From the NCBI GenBank assembly GCA_964252035.1, contig OZ176211.1: 64,000 nt of DNA. One strand, 5' to 3'. Below, piece after piece: positions 49,720 to 59,250 of the stretch. The notes beneath the pieces are model-generated. The model did not search any database. It was not told where the DNA came from and saw only the letters and a program-made list of their open reading frames with translations. Within the stretch, counting starts at the first letter, position 1. Every line of letters begins with the position of its first letter. The translations under genes were made by a program, and so were the position numbers. Source of the stretch: Podarcis erhardii. Lineage: Eukaryota.

Positions 49720-50989
49720 ATCACATGAAAGCAAATGCCCAAGTGGGGCTCTAGTCGCGTCTTTACAAGGAGGCAGCTGAAGAGATGTCTTTGACTTGCA
49801 CTCCCTGACAAGCACCTGTGGCCAAACCCTGCAGGGTGTATCCCTTCCTCTGGGTCTGCACTGAAATCACTTCATTCCTAGAGAATCATAGTAGGCAGGT
49901 ATCACGGTCTGGCATGTCACCTCGATAGGAACTTGGCTTGCAGCAGCACACCACATTTGCCTAAGTGCCCGGTGATGTCTGGATAAAGTCCTGTCCTCCT
50001 GTTCGTATTTGTGTGAGGGGCTGAGGAAATTCTCATTTCAGTTGGCTTGGCTGTAAGCTTTTCACTAGATTAACAGCCACATCGGAGCAGCTCAGCAACT
50101 CCCAAATATCAGAGTAACAATTAGAAATGTCACTGCACTTCATGCTTATTAGTCCTAAAAATTAAACGGTTAACTTAGTGTGTTTCAGGGAGGAGGGAAA
50201 GGCTGACAATGGAGAGTTGCCTGGATACCTTAATTAGCACTTTTAGATTGCCATGCATTGCTGCCCACCTAGATGGGCCTTGCAGGAGAGGTGTGATAGA
50301 CTGGGGCTTTCGTAATATCTCGATTTTAAAATTTATTTTCTCATCATGAACGCAAAGCCATCAGAAAGACAAATTAATTTAGCTTCAGTGACTTGCGGTT
50401 CCCTTATGAGCTGCATCCCTGTTGTTGCTTTCCCTTTTCTCCCTGTCCCCCTAACAGCATCCCTTTATCTACACTACAGAAAAACGGAGCTGACCTTTAT
50501 CTGTTTCTGGTACAACCACTTCTAATTTTAGCAAAGCTCTTCATTTGAGAGCTTTATCTCCTGACACTTCCAATCCAGACTCATCAGAATGCATGTCCAG
50601 CTATTTCCCAAATGGTATTTATCAATTAATTAACACTTATAGATTTAATGACTCGTTGTACTAAACTGTTAAAGGGCAAGAGACCTATAAATTTCCAAAC
50701 AGTCTATGTGAAACATATATAAATATTGATATATGCACACTTTTGAGGAGGGAGGGGCTGGGTTAAGCAGCTGGTATGTGATACATTCAGTTACATACAT
50801 AAGGTAAGGAACAGCTTAGTATCTTCGCCTGCACACAAGCCATTTTGTTTTACCACTATTGGCAACCCTCTTTGTAATTGGCAAAGAGCAAAAACATTAC
50901 ATAAAGTAGTCCTTGCTTTCTTTTGCTAAAATCCCCTTGTTAGAAAGCTAGTTGTCACCAGTAAATAAAAGTACTGGGAAGAGTTTTTA

Positions 50990-51012
50990 ACACACACACA
51001 CACACACACACA
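50990..51012. repeat. (CA)n microsatellite
   Basis: Direct reading. Confidence 0.95.
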
Positions 51013-51225
51013 CCCCAACAACAGGGAAGATATGCGTGGAGTTCTGTGGCATCTTAATGGCTGCAGACCATAGCTCTTTTTCCGTGTTGCAGGGACTTGG
51101 TAGTGAGGCTCCTGTGTCATTTCAAAGTGGTGCTATGTTGTTGCTTTTTGAGAGGCTTGTATTACGAAATAATAATAGCAATAAATTTACAAGCCTCTGT
51201 TTTCTCACCTTGCAAGAGCCTATAT

Positions 51226-51358
51226 TGCAAGGATGGGAAACATTTGGCCCTCTAGATGTGTTTGGGCTCTATCAGCCTCAGGCAGCATAGCCCAATGGTC
51301 AGAGATTATGGCACTTGCATTCCTGCAACATCTGGAGAACCACAGGTTTCCCATCCCC
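51226..51358. mobile_element. Diverged hAT MITE (136-bp family relative)
   Basis: caaggatgggaaac.tttggccctctagatg ... caacatctggagaaccacaggtttcccatccc. Confidence 0.55.
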
Positions 51359-51883
51359 ACTGTATACTTCTCTTTCAGCCACTTGTTATTATGCGAAAGG
51401 GCTTATATTACACAATGCCAGGATATCTTCCTTGCTTATTCCCAGGAATTATAGGAAATTCTGCATTTCCTCCACTCAGCCCTACATAAGCATCTTTTTA
51501 ACTTAAAATTAAGGTCCTCAAAGGTTGCTGCTCTGAAAAGAAGTGATTGTAAAGTTTGAAAAGTGTGTGCCTGTATGCTTTCGTAAACCATATGCAACGA
51601 TTCACACTTCACAAATTTGGCAACCATTTTTGTCAACGGCGTTGCTAACCCCTGCTGGGAGATGATATATACCCAGTTGTCATTAGCAGGACTCGAAACC
51701 CCTTTGGCAAAATGGAAGTATTTCCCTATGGAGCACTCAATATGCTAGCCCCACGCCAGTGACCCCACTCTGCCTTAAAATGCAATACCTGTTGGGCTCT
51801 TTGTCTCCAAACTTCCTGAGCAATCCCTGTAAACGGAAGAAGGAATGTTCTGCTGGCAGCTGAGTCTGTAACTTCTGTCTAGA

Positions 51884-52048
51884 CAGTGGCGTAGCGTGGG
51901 GGGTGCAGGGGGGGCCGGCCGCACCGGGCGCAACATCGGTGGGGGGGGCGCACTCGCACTAGCTCTCTGCCCCTACTAAAATCCATGGGTTAGGGGGCGC
52001 AAATTACTTGCCTTGCCCCGGGTGCTGACAACCCACGCTACACCACTG
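51884..52048. mobile_element. hAT-type MITE (165 bp), young
   Basis: TIRs cagtgg(c/t)gtagcgtggg match 16/17; perfect TSD tgtctaga (51876-51883, 52049-52056); CpG-rich. Confidence 0.92.
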
Positions 52049-52793
52049 TGTCTAGAGCTTGTGGTAGCTGCCTTCTCTCTCTTTTCATAAAAAATAAATA
52101 AATCCACAATACAGTAAAATTATAACTACAAATCACATAAGTAGAATACAGAGTCCTCTCCTAAAAGTAATTCTTAGCCCTTAACACCTGCAGAGGACAG
52201 TAATTGCTACCAGCTCTCACCTGAGATCTTTCCTTTCTCCTCCCAGAAGCCTTTGCTGCTCCCTCTTCCCCCTGTCTCAGCTTCCTTGAAGAAATTGCAG
52301 CATGGCTTGCAGCTGTAGAAAAGCCAAGTGGGTGAATTTCTCTAAAATGAGATTTTCCACTGCCTCTGTCTGCATGATTCTTTGGTAAGGAAACAAGGTC
52401 ATTCCTTTTCTTCTTCTTCATTTTACTGGTGGGAGCTTGTTTGCTGCAACTCTGAGTAAAATCTTCACTTATTTGTAAAGCTGGGTGCATGCAATACATT
52501 GTAGCCCAAGCATTTTCATGGGGAATGTTTATTTAAAGGTGGATGAGGGTGGGTGAAAGTAAGAATCTTCCTTCCAAAGCTTTCTCTCCAACATGCCCCA
52601 CTCTGGACTGCAGGTGGGGTAATTAGTTTGATTGTTTCCTCATGTAAACCTCCGTCTCTACCAAAAACTAGTGTATTAGGAAGTAAGGTTGTAGCCCAGT
52701 CCAATGCCTTCTGCAAAGAGTTTGTTGGTTTTTTACTTACAGGAAAATGTTTACGCACACCCCTCCCTACAAGCATTTGGAAACAGTGGGAGT

Positions 52794-52926
52794 GTAGGAA
52801 GCTGCCTTCTGCAGAACAGGACCATTGGTCCGTCTGGCTCAGTGCAGCCTACACTGACTGGCAGGGGCTTTCCAGAGTTTCCAACAGGGCCTTGGTCCAG
52901 GCCTACCTGGAGACACCAGGAACTGA
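52794..52926 (-). mobile_element. tRNA-derived SINE (Squam3-like) fragment
   Basis: taggaagctgcctt...gaccattggtcc.tct.gctcagt...ctacactgactggcag, same family as 55824-56014. Confidence 0.65.
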
Positions 52927-54840
52927 TGTGCAAAGGTTACAGCCCCACTTGAAAAGTGGTACAGTCCACTTGGCTTGCCTCCTTATTCCTACCTCATTAT
53001 GCGTAAAGCAGGTCTCTGTAAAGTTAATGCTCCCAATCTGCTTTTTTTTTTAGAAGGGAAAATATGGGCCAGGTGGAATGAAAACGCCATCAGTCTGATT
53101 TGTGAATTAACAAAATGCCATATAGGGCTATGAGGGTTAATATATGCATTTTCCTTGGTGGGGTGGGAGAGCCTACACTTTATTTGGTTACAGTAACATG
53201 TTTGGTATTTCCCCTCAGGCTTCAGAACTTGCTGGCAGCTCAGGTGGGCGCCTCAGGTAGTTTACCCTTCAAGAGAGCTATGACCCTCAGCTTCCTTAAC
53301 AAGCTATATTTCCCAGAATTCTTTGTGGAGGGAGGTGTGCTCTTTTCAATGTGTACACAGCTGGAGGCACACGGCCTCACAAATAATAATAAAACACACA
53401 CCATGCAGATTGCTTGTGTAAAATGGTAAAGGCAGCTGCAGTCGGCGTTTTCTGTGGCAACCCTCACTTTGTAGCCTCTCAGACTCTGTCAGCAGGCTCT
53501 GCGCTGTTTCTTTCTCCTCCCGGGTCAGGTAAACTGCAATGAAGTGGACTGCCTTGGCAACATATGCAGAGCTCCTGGGGGGGGGGGGAGCTGACACTTC
53601 CCTGCCACCTTTCGATGGCTAGCTTATCTTTGGAGTGGTATTGATTACCTCATGAGGAGGAAGGCTCCATATCCTTACCCTTGTGTCCAGAGCAAGGTGA
53701 TTTATGCCAGGCCGGGTAATAGAAGTGGCTGTGAGGGAAAAGAGAGGCCACAAATGAGATAACTTACAACTGGCAACTTTATTTATTTATTTTAAAAAAG
53801 AACGGCCGGCACGGCAGAGCACTCATCAAGGAGTGACCTGCTCTGGTATGGCAAAGCACCAGACCCCATTCCAGTGACGAATTATTACACGGCTATCTTG
53901 TTTTGCCTTTGTAAATTATGCCGTGTCTGTGCCTCGTAAGCTGGCAGATTTATTGCCACGCCTCAAGTGTATCGCCAAGGCAGAGCAGTTCTGAGGAATT
54001 GTGGGGGTCATGTGTCTTTCCGCTGGCTTTAGCCAGCAAAGCGCCTCTTTAATCTCAATGAGGAAGGACATTGGCGTCCTTGTGGGTGGGTGGGTGGGGG
54101 GTGGAGGCGGCAGAGGATTCAAACTTTATTTTCGATATTTAAATTAAATTGTGCCATCCATTTCCCTTGCTTCCAGATCTAAATGCAAGTCATTATGCCT
54201 GGGAAAATTACAGCTGCATTCCTGGAAGTTGGAGGCATGCCAACGAGAGGTGCACCCTTGGTTGCTAAAGGCTGTACAATCTGTCAGGCAAGTAATTGGC
54301 TGAGGTAAAGTCTCTGATCAGGATGTTGCGCTGATGCAACTGGGCTCTGATGTGCGCTTGCCGCTTCCTGCCCTACCATACATACAAAGTGCTCAAATTA
54401 CAGGGTTGCCAGAGGGGAGTCCCTCTTATGTTTGCTAGGGTCCCTTTAGCTATTGCAGGGGACCTGACTTCAAGGCTAAAAATCCAGGGGAGTCAGAAGC
54501 TGGGACTTGCAACTTTCATTTGAGGAGGCCCCTACCTTTCTTCCCATAATTCAAGCACTGTGCATGCATGTTAGTGGTAATGCACCACTGCAAAGCTCAA
54601 GTGAGAGGCATTTGGTGATGGAATTTCATTGTGGGTGCAATGAGACATCCATTTAAATGCATGATTGAATGACGCAGCTACTCCAGATGACGGATCACAC
54701 AATTTAGCTGTGACTTGAGTGGCCACATACACGTCACCCAAGAAAGGGAAGAAATGTGTCACAGAGAACAGGTAACAGGTTTGCAAGTTTACTTGTGCTA
54801 AGTTTTATGTACAGATGCAAATTTAGAAAGAATTACTGTA

Positions 54841-55085
54841 CAGTGGTATCTCGGGTTGCATACGCTTCAGGTTACATACGCTTCAGGTTACAGACTCCAC
54901 TAACCCAGAAATAGTGCCTCAGGTTAAGAACTTTGCTTCAGGATGAGAACAGAAATTGTGTGGTGGCGACGCAGCAGCAGCAGCGGGAGGCCCCATTAGC
55001 TAAAGTGCTGCTTCAGGTTAAGAACAGTTTCGGGTTAAGAACGGACCTCTGGAACGAATTAAGTATGTAACCAGAGGTACTACTG
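54841..55085. mobile_element. Tigger/pogo-like MITE (same family as 49494)
   Basis: Near-identical interior; TA TSDs at 54839-54840 and 55086-55087. Confidence 0.9.
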
Positions 55086-55135
55086 TATGTAGAAATACAA
55101 CACATCTCACCATACTGGGGGAGATTGTGAACAAG

Positions 55136-55673
55136 TTGTTACCGCCCTATACCTGGAGGTCTTCAGGGCAGTTCACAGAACAAGATCAAAATATAAAACC
55201 ACCAAATATATAATAAAAACAACAACCCAATAAAAGAACCCCATTTTAAAAGGGCATAGGATGTCAATCAAATCAACTAAGGGCCTGGTTAAAAAGGAAT
55301 GTTTTTGCCTGGTGCCTAAAGGTGTATAATGAAGGCACCAGGTGAACTTTCCTAGGGAGAGCATTCCACAGATAGGGAGCCACTGCAGAGAAGGGTTCAT
55401 TCTCGTGTGGGCATCCTCTGTATCTCTTGAGGAGGGGAAACACGAAGAAGGGCCTCAGAAGATGATCCCAGGGTCTGGGTAGGTTCATATGGATAGAGGT
55501 GGTCCTTGAGGTATTGCGGTCCTGAGCCATTTAAGGCTTTATAGGTAAAAACCAGCACTTTGAATTGGGCCCAGAAACTAATTGGTAGCCAGTGCAGTTG
55601 GACCAGGATCGGTATAATATGCTCAAACCGTCTTACTCCAGTGAGTAACCTGGCTGCTGAATTCTGCACTAGC
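55136..55673 (-). mobile_element. L2 LINE 3' portion
   Basis: ORF 55397-55687 reads LVQNSAARLLTGVRRFEHIIPILVQLHWLPISFWAQFKVLVFTYKALNG, a classic L2 ORF2 C-terminus. Confidence 0.92.
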
Positions 55674-55823
55674 AGGCAATCTCCCACCCATCTAGTCTAG
55701 GGAACCACCCACAAACACTGCCTACTCAGATTACTGTCCAGGTACTAACATCTCTGCTCTACTTATGATCTTGCTAATTATCTTAAAACCAGACTTGAAC
55801 AAGACAACCCTTTTAAATAGAGG

Positions 55824-56014
55824 AGCATAGGAAGCTGCCTTTCAGTGAGTCAGACGGTTGGTCCATCAAAGTCAATTTTGTCTACACTGGTTGGCAGTGG
55901 TTTGCCAGGATTTCAAGCAGGACTGTTGGCCAGCCCTACTTGGAGATTCCAAGGATTGAATCTGGGACTTTTTTCATGCAAAAAGTAGATGCTCTACTAC
56001 TGAACTACTGCCCT
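55824..56014 (-). mobile_element. tRNA-derived SINE (Squam3-like)
   Basis: Minus strand: tRNA-like head agttcagtagtagagcatctact...agattcaatcc, tail aaggcagcttcctatg. Confidence 0.75.
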
Positions 56015-56151
56015 TTGTCATCACCTTCAAATAGATGGCTGTCTTCTGTAAACGAGAATATCACATGGCCATTCTTATTCTACCGCCACTGTCAGAGGCA
56101 GTATGTCTCTGAATTACCCAGAGTGAGCAGGGTATAAATAAAATAATAACA

Positions 56152-56191
<40 letters not shown>

Positions 56192-56192
56192 T
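56152..56192. repeat. (ACT)n microsatellite
   Basis: Direct reading. Confidence 0.98.
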
Positions 56193-56193
56193 A

Positions 56194-56326
56194 CCAGTTG
56201 CTGGGAATCATAAGTGGGACGAGGGCTTTTTCCTCTTGTCAGCTTCCCATGTTCATATAGTTGGGGACAGGATACTCTACTGGAGGGGGCCCTTGGCCTG
56301 AGCCAACAGCTTCTTCTTATGTTCTT
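56194..56326 (+). mobile_element. CR1 3' UTR fragment
   Basis: Ends cccttggcctgagccaacagcttcttcttatgttctt. Confidence 0.6.
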
Positions 56327-56595
56327 AGTTGTGATTTAAATGCAGATCGTCTAAGTCCAACGTCCTATGTGCTCAGCATTTAATTTTGTGGCAAGGCTTG
56401 CTCCGGCTACTGTTTTCAGTTCCAGGCCTTAACACGGGGGACCAATGAAAGTGCCCTTGAGCAGGTACATTTCTCCCCTTAAATATGGAGTAGCTGTTTA
56501 CAGAGTGATGAGTGGGTCTGTGGCCCTCCAAGATGTTGTAGGACTCCAGCATCCATCAGCCACAGTCAACAATGAATGTTGGGGTGGTTGTAGAG

Positions 56596-56731
56596 CAGGC
56601 ATCCCCAACCTTTGGCCCTCCAGATGTTTTGGACTACAATTCCTGTCATCCCTGACCACTGGTGCTGTTAGCTAGGGATCTTGGGAGTTGTAGGCCAAAA
56701 CATCTGGAGGGCCGCAGGTTGGGGATGCCTG
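56596..56731. mobile_element. hAT-type MITE (136 bp) nested in an older relative (about 56511-56775)
   Basis: TIRs caggcatccccaacct / aggttggggatgcctg; TSD ttgtagag / ttgcagag (7/8); interior matches 6263-6398. Confidence 0.9.
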
Positions 56732-57283
56732 TTGCAGAGCAACAACCCCTAGAGGACCTCACATTCCCCATCCCTCTGATACGGTGGTAGGGGTTGGGAG
56801 AAAAGGGCTTACACACTGGAAGGTGCTGTGACCTCCCAACAGATTTAACCCTCTGCATGTCTTTTTCTAGAAATCACACACTGCCCATATTGGGTCGTGG
56901 TTGCAGCTTGTGCTTATAAATCACATATGGAAACATTCTGACCCGTCCTGTGCTTTTTAATAGGGTGGTATTTAAGGAAGATAACATACTTTGCAATGCC
57001 CTCTCCTTGTATTTCCTGTACTATCAGCAAATTATATTGGGCCCTTCCACAGATACAATTCTAAAGAATATCACAATTAATTCTATTTGGCACAGCAGCA
57101 GCAACCCCCCAAAATGGCTTATTTTGCAGTTATTTATGTTTGCTAACTATGTGCATATCGGGGGGGGGGCACAACAATTTGTGTATACTTCGCAGAGAAT
57201 AAAGAGCATTTCCATATTGTCAGCTAATTTACAAAGAAATATTTACAGAGTGAAATTTTAGCAGCTATCAAAGGACAAACAAG

Positions 57284-57610
57284 AGAGTGATTCCGTTGTG
57301 CGAAAGGCCACCGGTTTCAATTTTCTCTCGGCAGAAACTGATTTATTCAGTATTCGTTGATTCAATTTATTTATAATTACACCACACTGAATAAATCAAA
57401 CATAGCTGAAAAGCAGTTTATCTCCGTGTACTAATTACGCATACAGAGGCAAAGAGATGCTGGAAGATTAAAGGGAGAACGTATTGGCGTGCATTAATGA
57501 TTGTGGGTGTCTCTTTTATTACCCTGCGCTGCATTATATAATAGAATAATAGGGTCACTGCCATGATAGAGGAGGGCAAGCAGTACTTAAACTGTTCCTA
57601 AAATGATTGA
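57284..57610. promoter_or_regulatory. Candidate conserved enhancer
   Basis: Repeat-free, retains CpGs, has two TGATTTAT sites and several TAATTA/ATTAAT motifs; conservation not tested. Confidence 0.35.
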
Positions 57611-58434
57611 AAGAGAAATGGAACACTGTAATAGTTAAAAGGCAAAGAACTGAAACAATAAACACACAGAGTGTTATCTGACACTCCTTGTTTTTTCCCC
57701 CACTGTTGCTCAAGAGCACTCATATAGGGCCCCATTTAAGAAATTAAGTTATCAGAGAGAGAGATTATATTTTTAAAAACTTGCCTATTTCAATTTGTTT
57801 AGGCAGTTGGAGAAACAGCAGGCCTTTCTTTTGTGTTAAGATTTCGCACTTTTCATAAAGACTTATCTTAGGTTTCTGAGGCAATTGTTTTGACATTAGA
57901 CATTTCTTTATTATGCGGAGCACTGAACAGGCGTCCATAGCCATGTGATAAAATTCACTGGAGAGTCTTTGTGGTTCTATCAAGTGCTACCAAAACATTT
58001 TGATTTCCACGTTGCCACTATTTATCTCGGTAGGGAAAGTTCTTATTTCGAAAATCCCCCAAGGAACTTGCCCTTGCATGTGCTAATTACTGTTACCATT
58101 TCCGTGAAGCTTATCTTAACTGAAGTCTAAAGTTTTCCAGAACAAAAAATGAGACTATAAAGGAACGCACAAAAGGGAAATAAATGGGAGGGAGACGAGT
58201 GGGGGGAGACACATATGGAGAGAGAATTTGAAAACTGCACAGCACACTTTTATTAGGCTGCCACTCTGTGCACATTTGCAGAATGGTATGCAGCGGGGAA
58301 AGGAGGAGCTGCTGTGATGGGTTAAGAAAAGCACAGAATGCTGAAGCAGGATCTACCACACAGAAGCTATTTCCTTCCTAAAGGCATATAAACCAGGCCA
58401 TAGCTAATTTCTGTAGGTTATTTTTCTGTACTAT

Positions 58435-58613
58435 CAGGGGTGCCAACTTGAATAAAATATTGGGAGAGGGGGCAGGTAAGCCCCACCCTACATAATCAAC
58501 CGCAAGATACATAAACATTCACACCCCACTTGAATGGCAACGTTCATCAACTTTGGGCAGGGCAGGCACCCTCAAATAATTTATTGGGGTGGAGGGGAGA
58601 GTTGGCTCCTATG
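58435..58613. mobile_element. hAT-type MITE (179 bp), diverged
   Basis: Ends caggggtgccaactt / gagttggctcctatg; TSD tgtactat / tgtactaa (7/8). Confidence 0.65.
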
Positions 58614-58736
58614 TGTACTAATTACATGAAGGTTGGTGACCAACCCATCTTTCATAAGACAAACCTGAACACGTGTTAGGCATAAGAAAAGTTGGTCAGA
58701 AATAGATCTCATCACCTGCCTCAGTGCAGTCTCCTG

Positions 58737-58793
58737 AGGTCCCTTGCGCCTTTGGCAACCAGCTAAGGTCCCTTGTGCCTTTGGCAACGAGCT
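58737..58793. repeat. 29-bp-period tandem duplication
   Basis: aggtcccttg(c/t)gcctttggcaac(c/g)agct x2, 26/28 identical. Confidence 0.9.
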
Positions 58794-59160
58794 GTATCAG
58801 TGCCCCCTCCTGGACAGGAGAAATGCCCCTCCTTGTGGCTGCTCTCTATCTCTCTACCCCCTTCTGTTCCTTCCTGCAGAAGCAGCAGCTTTTGCTGGTA
58901 GAGATCCTGGTGGATTTCTTCTGGCAAAGCAGGTACTGGTGTGCTGAGCCAAGGGTGGGGGGGGGGTGTGATCCAGGTGCCACAGGAGGACTTCCAATGC
59001 CTGACAGGTGATTTTTGTATGCTCCCATTTCTCCAACCCATAGGTACACCTTTTCCAGAGCTTCCAGAGCTCCTGAGCTTTCTGTAGATCCTGGGCTCAA
59101 ACTATTCAAGACTGTGGTGAACTGGAGCACATAAAACATTGACTGGATTCCCTTAGTACT

Positions 59161-59250
59161 GAGTTTCCCAAACATGGGTCTCCAGTTGTTTTTGGACTAC
59201 AACTCCCATTATCCCTAGCTAGCAGGACCAGTGTTCAGGGATGATGGAGC
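59161..59250. mobile_element. Partial MITE of the 136-bp hAT family (opposite orientation)
   Basis: ttttggactacaactcccattatccctagctagcaggaccagtg.tcagggatgatgg. Confidence 0.7.

Noticed and set aside
52553-53053. 166-aa + strand ORF
   Set aside because: Runs through an antisense SINE fragment and a T tract; no protein features.
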